Of a stretch of 64,000 nucleotides of DNA, positions 29,175-39,561 are shown piece by piece. This stretch comes from Deltaproteobacteria bacterium. GTDB lineage: Bacteria > Myxococcota_A > Polyangia > Fen-1088. The stretch covers positions 256,001 to 320,000 of the forward strand of contig JANRKS010000009.1 in assembly GCA_033763315.1 (NCBI GenBank), written 5' to 3'. Made by a program: the position numbers and the translations under genes. Every line of letters starts with the position of its first letter. Within the stretch, counting starts at the first letter, position 1. Below the pieces are notes generated by a model, which saw nothing but the letters and a program-made list of their open reading frames with translations, did not search any database and was not told the DNA's origin.

Positions 29175-29795
29175 TCACGCGTGTTTGATGCGGCGGACGA
29201 CCTCGCGCAAACGTCGTGAGCCGCCGCCTTCACGGAACAAAAAGCGGATGCCCGTCCCGTCGTCGCCCGCGTGGTAGAGCACGCGCCCTGCGAGATCCAT
29301 GGGCGATTCCCCTCCCGGCGGCGTGAACTCGAGCACCACATCGGTGTCGATGGGTGGAGGCGTGATCCCCCCCACCAAGGCGCCACTCACGCTGATCTCC
29401 CGAAGGTCGACATCCAGAATGTGGGGGTCGTTCGTGATCCGCAGACGCGCGGGCAAGGCCACCGGCAAGCGCGTGTGTTTGCGTTTGGGTGTCGGGGGGC
29501 GCAACCCGCGCAGCGTCTCAATCACAAACGCCACCTTCTGTTGTTCGCTGGGATCGAACAACACTTGGGCTCCGGCGCGCACCCGCAAGCGGGGCAACGC
29601 GGGCCGCCACTCAAGCACGCTGCCTTTGATCATCACCCGGTTCGGCAGCGCTTTACACACCAGTTCGATGACCACGCTTGCACCCACTTCCAACGCTGTG
29701 GTGGTGGGACAAAATACGGCGGGGCCGTTTTCGGTGTGTTGCAGAACGCCGCCGAAATCCTCCGCGTTCTGGCATCGAAGCCTCAAGATGTTCAA
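29175..29795 (-). CDS. PilZ domain protein (tandem PilZ-like)
   Basis: RKHTR (RxxxR) and EISVSG (D/NxSxxG-like), GTGIRF. Confidence 0.85.
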   Translation of the reverse strand: MNILRLRCQNAEDFGGVLQHTENGPAVFCPTTTALEVGASVVIELVCKALPNRVMIKGSVLEWRPALPRLRVRAGAQVLFDPSEQQKVAFVIETLRGLRPPTPKRKHTRLPVALPARLRITNDPHILDVDLREISVSGALVGGITPPPIDTDVVLEFTPPGGESPMDLAGRVLYHAGDDGTGIRFLFREGGGSRRLREVVRRIKHA

Positions 29796-29858
29796 GCGTA
29801 TGCCTCGCTCGGGGGATGGCCGTGGGACTCATAGTGTACTAGCTTCGTTGTCTGCGTT

Positions 29859-30764
29859 ATGTCAATCCGTGTTTACATTTCGGGTCAGATTGTCGAGCCC
29901 GAAGCCGCAAAGGTCTCGGTCTTCGACCGCGGCTTCCTGTTTGGCGACAGCGTTTACGAAAGCGTAGGCACAGTGGGCGGCAAGCTTTACGCCCTCAATG
30001 AACACCTTGATCGCCTGGAACGTTCGGCAGCGCGCGTGAGCCTGGTTCTGCCCCCGCGTGAGCATATCCAAGCCGCCGTGAAGGCAACGGTGGCGGCGGC
30101 AGCAAACGATGAATCGCGCGTTAGGATTATGGTCACCCGCGGCGTGGGCAAATCAGGTGAGCTGGATCCGAACGCTGCACATGAGCCGCAATTGATCGTC
30201 ATCGTCCAGCCTCTTAACCCCCCGGCGCCCGCTCTTTACAAAACGGGCGTGGCTGTTGAGGTGGTTTCGATCACGCGCAACCACGCTGGCGCATTGGATC
30301 CATCGGTGAAATCGGGAAACTACCTCAACAACGTGCTCGCCGTGGGTGAGGCGAAGGCGCGGCGGCCCGGTGTGCATGAAGCGATCTTGTGCTCGCCCGA
30401 TGGCGCCGTGGCCGAGGGCGCCACAAGCAACGTGTTCGCCTGCATTGACGGTGTATTGCAAACACCTGCGTTGAGTGTCGGCATCTTGCCGGGCATCACG
30501 CGCAGCAAAGTTTTGGCGGTGGGGCGCGCCTTGGGCGTGGCCATCCAGGAGACCTCCTTCTCGCCCGACGATTTTCGACGTGCCAGCGAGGCGTTCATCA
30601 CCAGCGCCGCGCGCGGCATCTTGCCGGTCACGCAGATCGACGGCGCGCCCGTGGGGCAGGGCGTGCCCGGCCCGCTCACGCAGCGTTTGATGGCCGGGTA
30701 TGCTGCCCAGCTGAACGCGGAACTTATGGCCGAAGCCACCAACGAAAAAGCGATGCACACGTGA
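29859..30764 (+). CDS. Class IV PLP aminotransferase (IlvE/Dat/PabC family)
   Basis: DRGFLFGDSVYE, HLDRLERSA, KSGNY, EGATSN, LPGITR, EAFITS. Confidence 0.92.
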   Translation: MSIRVYISGQIVEPEAAKVSVFDRGFLFGDSVYESVGTVGGKLYALNEHLDRLERSAARVSLVLPPREHIQAAVKATVAAAANDESRVRIMVTRGVGKSGELDPNAAHEPQLIVIVQPLNPPAPALYKTGVAVEVVSITRNHAGALDPSVKSGNYLNNVLAVGEAKARRPGVHEAILCSPDGAVAEGATSNVFACIDGVLQTPALSVGILPGITRSKVLAVGRALGVAIQETSFSPDDFRRASEAFITSAARGILPVTQIDGAPVGQGVPGPLTQRLMAGYAAQLNAELMAEATNEKAMHT

Positions 30765-30970
30765 CCATCTTTTTCTTGCTCAGCGGCGTGCTGCTCATCG
30801 TCAGTGGTGTGCTGCAGGCAATCATACGGCCGCGCGGCGAACGCGAGAGCACGCTGGCCCGCATCCTCAACCGGTCGACCTTGCGAGCTGTTGTGTTTGT
30901 TTGCGTGGGATTGGTGGGCGTCCTGGTGGGCGTGGGTGTCTTGCACTTGCCACGCCCCCCCGGGCCGTGA
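30761..30970 (+). CDS. Small two-TM membrane protein
   Basis: GTGA overlap with the upstream stop; two hydrophobic segments. Confidence 0.6.
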   Translation: MTIFFLLSGVLLIVSGVLQAIIRPRGERESTLARILNRSTLRAVVFVCVGLVGVLVGVGVLHLPRPPGP

Positions 30971-30977
30971 AGCTGGC

Positions 30978-33900
30978 TTATTTCTGAGACGCCAAGAACG
31001 CAACCAGGTCACGCAGCTCGCGTTTGCTCAAGATGCTGCCGAAGCCATCGGGCATGCCAGAGGCACCGGGCTCGCGGCTGGCGATGTGCTTTTTCACCAA
31101 GGTCAGCTCGCCTTCTTCTGCTGAGGCCAACTTCAACGTTGGGCCCGCGTCCTGTTTCACCGTGCCACCGTGAATGGCGCCGTCTTTCATCGTCACCAGA
31201 ACCGATTCGAAGCCCGGGGCGAAGTGCTTGCTGGGGAACACCACCGCCTCCAGCAGGTATTGGCGCGAGCGACGTTTGCCCACGGTCTTGAGCTCGGGGC
31301 CCACTTCGCCGCCATGTCCTTCCACACTGTGGCAGCGCCGACACTGCACGAGCGGGTTGTAAAGGAAGGTGCGCTGGCCCATCTCGGGATCGCCGCCGTC
31401 GACGGCTTCCAAGTAGGGCCCGATGTCAGAGTCAGGGCGCGTCTTCTCGTAAGCGTCCAGCTTGGCGAGCAACGCGGGCACGTTGCGTTTCTTGGTCGCC
31501 TCCTGCACATCCAGCGACAGCGCCACGGGCAGCTTTCCTGCAATCAATTGATCCAGCAGCGAGGCCAATGTGGCTTCAGCCCCTGGATCTTGCGCCCAAC
31601 CCAAGATGCCGATCGCGGCTTGCTTTTCACCCACGGAGCCTTTCTTCAAAGCCTCTGCCACCAACGCGGGTGCCAGCGCGGGGTTCGCCACCACGCGCTC
31701 CTTGAGCGCCCACAAGCGCACGCGGGGTGTTGGATCTTTGGAGGCCACAGGCAGCACGGTGGAAAGCTCGGGCGCTTTCAGATCCGCAAGAGCCGTCAAA
31801 GCCGAGATGCGAACGGCGTCCGTATCCCAGCGCCGTTCCACCGCTGCGGCCAGGTATGGAGCCGCGGCTTGCAGCTTGAGTCGGGCGGCCGCCTTTGCGG
31901 TGGTACGGAATACATCCACTTGCCCGCGCACCAGCAGCTTATTCAGAATCGCTGTCAAGGCGTCGGCCGCGGCCTGGGTGTCGCGTTTTCCTTGCGGAAG
32001 AGGGCGGTACGCACCCGTGAGGCGGTTGCGTGGTTGCGGCGCGCCGAAATCAGACAACGCAGCCACAGCTTCTTGTCGCGTGTGTGTGGCAACTTCCGTG
32101 TCAGCGGCGATCCGCGCAAGCACCTTGGCCGACGCCGGCGTGCCCGCACGAAAGTTGGCTTCCACGATGCGGCTCAAAATCACGTCGTCCTTGGGCAGCG
32201 TGGGCAGCTCGCCTAACGCCGCCAACGCCCCGTTGGCATCTTCGATGGGGACGTCATTGATCGCGCGCGCCGCTTCTCGGGCCACGAGCACGTCCTTGTC
32301 AGCAAGGAACGCGGCAACTTTCGGCGATTGCAAGCGTCGCAAAGCCAACGCCGCGCCCATGCGCGCAGGGGAAGAAGGGTTGCCCGCGAGCGCCGCCAAT
32401 TCGTCTTCGGTCAATCCCGCTGCCAACGCCATCGTGCCTGCGTGTCGCAGGTAGGGATCTTGGTCGGCGTTCTTGCTCAACAAGGACAGCACCGGCTCTT
32501 TGATGTTTTTCGCCTTCAGGCGAGCCAAGCTCTGGGCGGCAAAGAATTTCACGCGCGGGCTTGGGTCCGCAAGAGCGGTCACAAGGGCGTCAACGGATCC
32601 GGGCGCCGGACTTTCGCCTAAAACCTTGGCGGCTTGTGCCCGCGTTTCGTTGTCGCCCGGGGTGGTGGGCCTGGCCTGCAACCGCGCCACCAAACTGGCT
32701 TGAAGGGCGGCGGCCGTGACGCCCGTGCGCAGCTTTGTGCCGGGCGCCCCGCGGAGCAGTTGACCCAAGCCCCACACGCCGTGCAGCTGAGCCAACGGCG
32801 GTTGCCCTGCTTGCGCGGCTGCGGCCAGCAGATCGTCACGCCCCAGGTTCGCCAAGGCAAATTGCGCTTCCATGCGCACGCGCACGTCAGCATGTGAGAG
32901 CAAGCCCGCCAAGTTTTCCGGCGTGCGCTTGCTGTAATCACTCGCGATCAACGCCGAGACTTTCTCTCCCGCGGGAGCCGCCTCGGGCGTGAGATCGGTG
33001 AGCCGATGGATGCGGCCTTTGCCCAAGCCATCCCAACCCGAGATCCAGTCTGCAACATAAAGCGCGCCGTCGGGTCCGAAGTCCACGTCGGTGGCCAACA
33101 CGCCCCACATCAGTTTGCTCGGTGACACAAGCGTGAAGCCCGCGCCTTTCTCAGCCGTGGCAAACGCGTGAATGCCGCTGCTGTTGGCCTGCCCGCGGAA
33201 ATCGGCCAAGAAGAAATGTTGGTGCAAGTCTTTGAGGTGGCCGCTGCCCGGATGGTAGGTCAAACCCGAGGGACCGTTTGAGATGTTCTCGATGGGTGCA
33301 AGCAAGTAGGCGGCTTGCCCTTTCCATTGTGGGTACCAAAGCTTCTCAGTGTTCCATGGCCCGCGTGGTGTCGGTTCCGCGATCGCTTGGTATCCCACGC
33401 GCCAACCCGAATCGCCGCCTTCCACCAGGTAAACAAAGCGCGCCTTGTCGCCGCCGTCCGAATTGTTGTCCCCCGTGAACAGATTGCCGTGATCATCGAA
33501 GGCCAGCTCTTGCGGGTTACGTAGGCCTTCGGCGTAAAGTTCCAAACGGCTGCCATCAAGCTCTGACCGAAACACGCCGCCTCTATCAGGAATGGAGATC
33601 AGCTTGCCTTCGCGTGTGTGCACCGTGGCGCCACGATCGCCGATGGTCCAATACAGGCGGCCATCGGGCCCCACGCGCAGCCCGTGCATATCGTGCCCAA
33701 AGAAGGCGAAACGCACCCCGTATCCGGTGGACGTCTCTTCACGAGTGTCGGCGGCGCCGTCATTGTTTTTATCGGTCAACTTCCACAAGCTGGGAATGTT
33801 GGTGGCCCAAACTTCGCCGTGTCGAGCCAAAAGGCCCGCCAAAAGACCATCCACAGCCCGGTTGAAGCCGCCCGCAAAAATCGTGGATTGATCGGCGATG

Positions 33901-34490
33901 CCGTCGCCATCGGTGTCAACAACTTGCTTGATGATGTCTGACTCCTTGGTGAAGCGATCCATGTCGCCCACGAAGTAGGTGCGCATCATCAGTTCGCGAT
34001 CGGCCACGGTGCGCGACGCGAGCTCAACGTTCAACATTTCATCAGCAAACCCAGCAATGCGTTCTTTGCTCACCGATTGTCGAAAAGCGGCCGAAGGCCA
34101 TTTTTCGCGACCGCGGTTGTCCAGAACAGCCACGTGCGTGCGGAAGGCTTCGGCCACATACATGCGGCCTTGCTCATCAAACGCAAACGCCACCGGGTTC
34201 CTGAGCAGCGGTTCGGCCGCCCACAAGTTCGCGCGCACCGTCTTGGGCAGAACGAATTGTTTGGCGGCAAGCTCCGCCTCCTGGCGCGCTTCGGGCGAAG
34301 GCTTAATGACTTCAGGCGGGGGCGCAAAGGCTGCTTTGGACGCGGGCTTCGGCGCGGTTGCCGGCTTTGCTGCAGGGGCTGCGAAGGCCGCGGCACAAAC
34401 CATCGAAGGTATGACCACAAAGGTCATGGCCCACAGGGCGTGGCGCGTTTTTACAGAGGATGTCGAGGTCGCTGCTGAGTGAAAGGACAT
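30978..34490 (-). CDS. PVC-type dehydrogenase-like beta-propeller + HEAT repeats + c-type heme protein
   Basis: Signal peptide; WAAEPLLRNPVAFAFD, DTDGDGIAD, GLRNPQELAFD, FGPDGALYVADW; HEAT repeats; CRRCH, GPEL, SGMP. Confidence 0.88.
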   Translation of the reverse strand: MSFHSAATSTSSVKTRHALWAMTFVVIPSMVCAAAFAAPAAKPATAPKPASKAAFAPPPEVIKPSPEARQEAELAAKQFVLPKTVRANLWAAEPLLRNPVAFAFDEQGRMYVAEAFRTHVAVLDNRGREKWPSAAFRQSVSKERIAGFADEMLNVELASRTVADRELMMRTYFVGDMDRFTKESDIIKQVVDTDGDGIADQSTIFAGGFNRAVDGLLAGLLARHGEVWATNIPSLWKLTDKNNDGAADTREETSTGYGVRFAFFGHDMHGLRVGPDGRLYWTIGDRGATVHTREGKLISIPDRGGVFRSELDGSRLELYAEGLRNPQELAFDDHGNLFTGDNNSDGGDKARFVYLVEGGDSGWRVGYQAIAEPTPRGPWNTEKLWYPQWKGQAAYLLAPIENISNGPSGLTYHPGSGHLKDLHQHFFLADFRGQANSSGIHAFATAEKGAGFTLVSPSKLMWGVLATDVDFGPDGALYVADWISGWDGLGKGRIHRLTDLTPEAAPAGEKVSALIASDYSKRTPENLAGLLSHADVRVRMEAQFALANLGRDDLLAAAAQAGQPPLAQLHGVWGLGQLLRGAPGTKLRTGVTAAALQASLVARLQARPTTPGDNETRAQAAKVLGESPAPGSVDALVTALADPSPRVKFFAAQSLARLKAKNIKEPVLSLLSKNADQDPYLRHAGTMALAAGLTEDELAALAGNPSSPARMGAALALRRLQSPKVAAFLADKDVLVAREAARAINDVPIEDANGALAALGELPTLPKDDVILSRIVEANFRAGTPASAKVLARIAADTEVATHTRQEAVAALSDFGAPQPRNRLTGAYRPLPQGKRDTQAAADALTAILNKLLVRGQVDVFRTTAKAAARLKLQAAAPYLAAAVERRWDTDAVRISALTALADLKAPELSTVLPVASKDPTPRVRLWALKERVVANPALAPALVAEALKKGSVGEKQAAIGILGWAQDPGAEATLASLLDQLIAGKLPVALSLDVQEATKKRNVPALLAKLDAYEKTRPDSDIGPYLEAVDGGDPEMGQRTFLYNPLVQCRRCHSVEGHGGEVGPELKTVGKRRSRQYLLEAVVFPSKHFAPGFESVLVTMKDGAIHGGTVKQDAGPTLKLASAEEGELTLVKKHIASREPGASGMPDGFGSILSKRELRDLVAFLASQK

Positions 34491-34540
34491 ATCCGCCGGT
34501 AAACTTAGTCGCTTCGTTGCCGGATCGGAAGTGTCTTGGG

Positions 34541-34556
34541 GGCAAGGACGTCGCCA
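34541..34556 (-). promoter_or_regulatory. Putative sigma54 -24/-12 promoter
   Basis: TGGCGACGTCCTTGCC (GG-N10-GC) ~50 nt upstream of ATG 34490. Confidence 0.45.
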
Positions 34557-34587
34557 TGCCCCACCTTACGTGACCGTTCGCACGTGT

Positions 34588-36390
34588 TCACAGCACGGGA
34601 GGCAGCTGAAATGCTTCCCAGGCCGGGGTTGTGTTCAATGTGTCTGTGGGCTGGTTCCACAGATAGATCGCCGGGAAAGTTTTGAGGCCATCCTCTGTTT
34701 CCACCACCGCCGTGATGTAAAGCTGTGACACTTGCACCAAGCTGCCGGACGGCATGGCGGGGTTGGTGTACTTGCTTGGCACCGGAGCGATGTCTGCGCG
34801 GTTCGAGGAGAAGATGAGCCAATACACCGAGCCCGCGCCCGCGCCTTGCACCGAAGGCGACCAACGCGCCCAATGGTTGTTTACGCCAGGGCTTCTCTTG
34901 TTGGCGCAAGCGGGCGGATCGTTGGCAGCCAAACGAACGGATTGACCGAACTTGGTGGAGACAACGAACAACTCCGCGTTGGGGTTCGCGTACATTTTTT
35001 CGCCGGCCGGCACGCGGTTGTAGGCGATCAATTTGTCGTCAGGCGACCAGGCTGGGTAGTATTCCTCGAACTTAGGATCGGAAGCGCCCGCCACAGGTGT
35101 GGCCATGCCGCCCATTCGGTCGTTGTAGGGCACCACATACAAATCCGTCGCGCCTTTTTCTAAGCGACCGTCGAGGTTGCCTCCGTTGGTGGATGCGTAA
35201 GCGATGCGCGTTCCGTCGCGGCTCCAGTCGGGCGAAGCGGCGCCGTTCGTGTCGCCCATGCGTGGGATCACACCAAATTGCACGCCTCTCACGGTGAATT
35301 TCGGATCCATGGGCGCTGGCGCTTCCAGGTTGTACCAAACCAGTTCCGCCTTCTTTTGGTTGTCGGTGCTCCAAGGCACCATGGGATCTTGCAAGGCAGA
35401 CGAGACAACCATCACACGATCACCGGTTGCCCAGTGCTTGCCACTAAAGGTCATCATGCCGCCCCACGGGCGGTTCATGGCGGATAGCCCACCGCCCGAC
35501 ATTTCAGGCAATTGGTTGCCCGTGATGCCGGGCTTTACGCCCGCGATCACAGAGTTCCACGGCCAGTGATCGGTGAAGGCAACGTATTGGCCATCAGGCG
35601 TGGCGACGTGGCAGCCAATGCATCGCACGGTGCGTGGGTTGCCGCTTTGCTCGCGGCTCGGTTGTTTGATCTCGGGAATCTTCAGCGTCGAGACGGTGGA
35701 TTCATCGCCCACCGCAAAGCCGCGCAGCTCTGAATCGTTAACGGCGGTCAGATCTTCGGGCTTCTTGCCCACCTCGGCCGGCTTGGCGGCCCAAAACACC
35801 ATCGCGCCCGCCGCATCGACGGTGGCAATCTGAAACTTTGACTTGGAGGTGCCGCCGCTTGCCAGGCGCACCGATACCGTCACTGTGGCGCCGGGGCTGT
35901 GCGCAGCCAAGCTTTGCCACACCGCTTTCGGCATCGCCCACTGGCTGTTCTTTGTGTAAACGACCAGCTCGTTCTTTTGTTTGGGCGCGCTGAAGCGCAA
36001 TTGCACGGGCCCTGTGGCGCCCGTCCAGCGCACGCGTGGGCGCAGCCAGTTGTGCGGAAACAGCGAGCCGTCTTCGGGCTCCATGATGCAGGGGCCGCCG
36101 CCGTCACTGCCCGGGTCTTTGAACATGGCCTCCGTACCCTCGGCGCCGGTATCCACGATGGGCGCGGCGGGGAAGTCTTCGCACATGTCGTTTGCGCAGG
36201 GCAGGGGCGTCAGATCGCCGTTTTGCCCGCCGAAGTTCGCAAAGCCACCACCAGAGCCGCCTGTACGGCTGGCGCCGCTGCCGCCGGCGCCCGGGGTGCC
36301 GTCCACATCCGCCTGGGCACAACCCGCCAGGGCGGCCAGCGTCAGCCAGAAGAAAGGGGAAAAAGAGGTGCGTTTTGGGTCGCGGCGCAT
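34588..36390 (-). CDS. Lipoprotein with CxxCH motif and TolB/PD40-like propeller repeats
   Basis: Lipobox LAGC; Gly-rich linker; CIGCH; PDWSRDGTRIAY, PAWSPDDKLIAY, WARWSP. Confidence 0.8.
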   Translation of the reverse strand: MRRDPKRTSFSPFFWLTLAALAGCAQADVDGTPGAGGSGASRTGGSGGGFANFGGQNGDLTPLPCANDMCEDFPAAPIVDTGAEGTEAMFKDPGSDGGGPCIMEPEDGSLFPHNWLRPRVRWTGATGPVQLRFSAPKQKNELVVYTKNSQWAMPKAVWQSLAAHSPGATVTVSVRLASGGTSKSKFQIATVDAAGAMVFWAAKPAEVGKKPEDLTAVNDSELRGFAVGDESTVSTLKIPEIKQPSREQSGNPRTVRCIGCHVATPDGQYVAFTDHWPWNSVIAGVKPGITGNQLPEMSGGGLSAMNRPWGGMMTFSGKHWATGDRVMVVSSALQDPMVPWSTDNQKKAELVWYNLEAPAPMDPKFTVRGVQFGVIPRMGDTNGAASPDWSRDGTRIAYASTNGGNLDGRLEKGATDLYVVPYNDRMGGMATPVAGASDPKFEEYYPAWSPDDKLIAYNRVPAGEKMYANPNAELFVVSTKFGQSVRLAANDPPACANKRSPGVNNHWARWSPSVQGAGAGSVYWLIFSSNRADIAPVPSKYTNPAMPSGSLVQVSQLYITAVVETEDGLKTFPAIYLWNQPTDTLNTTPAWEAFQLPPVL

Positions 36391-36556
36391 GCAATAAGCC
36401 AAGGTGAGGTCTCCCTTAGGAACAACGGTCCTAACCGTTAACGTTTGCCCGCCCGTAACTGGGAAAGCCGCTCGGCATATCTGGGGCGCGCGCGTTGCGG
36501 ACCCCGGCTGATTTCGCTAGGTAAGCGCCCTCCCTTTCCCTAAATTCGGCCCCGAC

Positions 36557-37885
36557 ATGCTTGAACGATACTCACGCCCCGTTTTGCGCGACATCTGGTC
36601 TGACCTCAAACGCTACAACATCTGGTTGGAGGTGGAGCTTTCGGCTTGCCAAGCCATGGAGGAAGCGGGTTTGGTCCCTGTGGGTACCGCCAAAGAGGTG
36701 CGCAGCCGCGCTGCCGGCAAGCTGAGCCCGGCCGCGATCTTGGAGCACGAGGCGCGCACCAAACACGACGTCATCGCATTCTTGTCGCACGTGGAAGAAG
36801 TGGCGGGCGAGCCCGCGCGTTGGCTGCACCTGGGGATGACGAGTTCGGATGTGTTGGACGCGGCCTTGGCCGTGCAACTCAAAGAAGCGGGCACGGAGAT
36901 CGTGGCCGGCATCGATGAGCTGCGCGCCGCCTGCCGCGCCAAGGCCGAGGCCAACCGTAAGACCCCGATGATTGGTCGCTCCCACGGCATCCACGCCGAG
37001 CCGATCACGGCTGGTTTGGTGTTCGCGGGCTTTTACGCCGAACTCGGCCGCGCCCGCCAAGAGCTGGTGCGCGCCGTGGCCGAAGTGGCCGTGGGCAAAA
37101 TCGCGGGCGCGGTGGGCACCTACGCAAATCTCACCCCCGCCATCGAAGCGCAAGCGCTGGGGCGGCTGGGTCTGACGCCTGAAACGGTGCCCACGCAGAT
37201 CGTGGCGCGCGATAGGCATGCGGCGTTTTTCTCGGCGCTCTCACGTTTGGGCACGGCGGTTGAGCGCATCGCGATCACGGTTCGCCACTGGCAGCGCACG
37301 GAAGTGGGCGAGGCACTTGAGGCGTTCGGCAAGGGCCAAAAAGGCTCATCCGCGATGCCACACAAGAAGAACCCCATCTTGTCTGAAAATCTATGCGGCC
37401 TTGCCCGCATGCTGCGCAGCTATGAGCAAGCCGCGCGCGAGAACGTGGCTTTGTGGCACGAACGCGACATCTCGCATTCCTCGGTTGAACGCATGATCGG
37501 CCCCGACGCCACCACGCTGGCTGATTTCATGGTGAGGCGGGCGGCCTCGCTGGTGCAGGGCTTGGTCCTCAACCCCGAGCGCATGCTGCAGAACTTGAAC
37601 CTCACGGGTGGCCTCTATTTCAGCGAGGCCGTGATGTTGCAGCTTGTGCGTAAGGGCATGGCGCGCCAGGCGGCGTATGAACTTGTGCAGCGCAACGCCT
37701 TGATTGTGGCCGCGCGCATTGGCCTGCCGCACGCGCAAGGGCCATCGTTTCAAGACCTGCTGACACAAGATCCCGACATCTCGGCACGCCTGACCGCCGC
37801 TGAGATTGCACAAGCCTTCGATCTTAATCACCACTTGCGGCACGCTGACACCATCATCGATCGCGCCTTGTCAGACGCGTCTTAA
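36557..37885 (+). CDS. purB: Adenylosuccinate lyase
   Basis: [57 protein letters not shown]. Confidence 0.98.
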   Translation: MLERYSRPVLRDIWSDLKRYNIWLEVELSACQAMEEAGLVPVGTAKEVRSRAAGKLSPAAILEHEARTKHDVIAFLSHVEEVAGEPARWLHLGMTSSDVLDAALAVQLKEAGTEIVAGIDELRAACRAKAEANRKTPMIGRSHGIHAEPITAGLVFAGFYAELGRARQELVRAVAEVAVGKIAGAVGTYANLTPAIEAQALGRLGLTPETVPTQIVARDRHAAFFSALSRLGTAVERIAITVRHWQRTEVGEALEAFGKGQKGSSAMPHKKNPILSENLCGLARMLRSYEQAARENVALWHERDISHSSVERMIGPDATTLADFMVRRAASLVQGLVLNPERMLQNLNLTGGLYFSEAVMLQLVRKGMARQAAYELVQRNALIVAARIGLPHAQGPSFQDLLTQDPDISARLTAAEIAQAFDLNHHLRHADTIIDRALSDAS

Positions 37886-37897
37886 AAGGGCACCGCC

Positions 37898-38857
37898 ATG
37901 ATCGACGTTCCAACCATCGAGAAGCAGCTCACGAAGACTCTGCAGGGCACGGACTTCACAGAGCTGGGCGCGAAGTACGACGGTAAGGTGCGCGACTGTT
38001 ACATCAAAGACGGCAAGCGCATCATCGTTGTCAGTGATCGCATCAGCGCCTTCGATGTGGTGTTGGGCACGATTCCTTTTAAGGGCCAAGTGCTCAACGC
38101 GATGGCGCGGCACTGGTTCGAGCTGACGAAAGATCTGGTTCCCAACCACGTGTTGGCGGTGCCTGATCCGAACGTCATGGTGGCCAAGGAATGCGAGCTG
38201 CTGCAGGTCGAATTCGTGATGCGTGCGTATCTGACGGGTTCGACGAAAACGTCGATCTGGTACCACTACCAAAATGGCGCTCGGGAATTTTGTGGGCACA
38301 AGTTGCCTGAGGGCATGCGCAAGAACCAACCGCTGGCCAAGCCGTTGTTGACGCCTTCCACCAAGGCGGAGAAGGGCGGTCACGATGAGTCCGTGTCGCG
38401 CGACGAGCTGATCCGCCGGGGCGCGATCAGTGCCAAAGACTTCGACGCCGCAGCTGCCATGTGCGAAAAACTGTTTGCCTTCGGCCAAGCCGAGGCGGCA
38501 CGGCGCGGTTTGATCTTGGTTGATACAAAGTATGAAATCGGCCGCCTTCCCGATGGCAGCTTGTGCTTCATTGATGAGATCCACACACCCGATAGCTCGC
38601 GCTATTGGTTCGCAGATGACTTTCAAACGCGTTTCGATGTGGGGCAAGAGCCGCGCGGCCTCGATAAGGACTACGTGCGCAACAGCTTCGTGGCGAAGGG
38701 CTACCGCGGTGATGGCGCGCCACCCCCGTTGACCGACGACGTGCGGGTGGAAGCCGCCCGCCGCTACATCGCGTTGGCGGAGCTCATCACGGGCAAAACG
38801 TTTGAGCCAAATGTAGAAGAGCCCATCGCCCGCATTCGCCGCAACTTGGGTCTTTAA
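37898..38857 (+). CDS. purC: SAICAR synthetase
   Basis: [55 protein letters not shown]. Confidence 0.97.
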   Translation: MIDVPTIEKQLTKTLQGTDFTELGAKYDGKVRDCYIKDGKRIIVVSDRISAFDVVLGTIPFKGQVLNAMARHWFELTKDLVPNHVLAVPDPNVMVAKECELLQVEFVMRAYLTGSTKTSIWYHYQNGAREFCGHKLPEGMRKNQPLAKPLLTPSTKAEKGGHDESVSRDELIRRGAISAKDFDAAAAMCEKLFAFGQAEAARRGLILVDTKYEIGRLPDGSLCFIDEIHTPDSSRYWFADDFQTRFDVGQEPRGLDKDYVRNSFVAKGYRGDGAPPPLTDDVRVEAARRYIALAELITGKTFEPNVEEPIARIRRNLGL

Positions 38858-38861
38858 AAGC

Positions 38862-39551
38862 ATGCGCCTCGCGGTCGTCGTGCCCGCGGGGCACAAAAGT
38901 GCCGAGCCCGAACCGTGGTCGTCGTTGGGTGCAACGAGCGTGCTCGTGGTTCATGAACAAATGCCCGCGCCTCTTGATGACATCGACGTGGTGGTGGTGC
39001 TGGACCATTTGCCCCACACGTTGGTGCCCGTGCTTGGCGCCTTCGTCAAGCGCGGCGGCCCCGTGTTGGGGATGGGCCCGGGCGTGCACGCCTTATGTAG
39101 CGCGGGGTTTTTGCCTGGGCGCCTGCGCGAGCCGGCGAACGACGTTCGTGCGCAAAGGCTTGCGTGCTGCGTGCGCACCGAAGGCCGCAGCACGCCGTTT
39201 TCGGCCGGCATTCCGGCAGGCCGCGTCTTGCAGGCGGCGTGGAGCTCAGCGCTTGTTTACGCCTGCGAATCGCCCATCGATCTCGAAGCCGGCGGCCAAG
39301 TGGTGTTCAGGCACTGCGATCCCTGGGGAGGGGTGGGGGACAAGCACAATCCCTTTGCCGCCACCGGCGCGATCGCGGGCATCAGCAACCGTGAGGGTCA
39401 CGTGGTGGGGGTGACCTGCCCGCTCGATTTCGAAACGCCGCCGTCGCCGTTGGTTGTGCAGATGTTTGCCTCAGCGGCGCTTTGGGTGGCACAAAAGCAG
39501 AGGGCCGGTGAGCCTTCTATGACCAAACCAAGCAAAGCGCGCAAAGGGTAG
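38862..39551 (+). CDS. PurQ-like glutamine amidotransferase homolog lacking the catalytic Cys/His/Glu
   Basis: PurQ scaffold recognisable (GGPVLG, AGFLPG, TPF, GQVVFR, NP...IAGISNREGHVVG) but GICNG reads GMGPG and MMPHPE reads VTCPLD. Confidence 0.75.
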   Translation: MRLAVVVPAGHKSAEPEPWSSLGATSVLVVHEQMPAPLDDIDVVVVLDHLPHTLVPVLGAFVKRGGPVLGMGPGVHALCSAGFLPGRLREPANDVRAQRLACCVRTEGRSTPFSAGIPAGRVLQAAWSSALVYACESPIDLEAGGQVVFRHCDPWGGVGDKHNPFAATGAIAGISNREGHVVGVTCPLDFETPPSPLVVQMFASAALWVAQKQRAGEPSMTKPSKARKG

Positions 39552-39561
39552 CCCCAAACCC

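Noticed and set aside
36440-36500. Possible ZTP riboswitch upstream of purB (CGTAACTGGGAAA)
   Set aside because: Lacks the downstream GCCTGGGC pseudoknot element and the P1 pairing; none seen before purH either.
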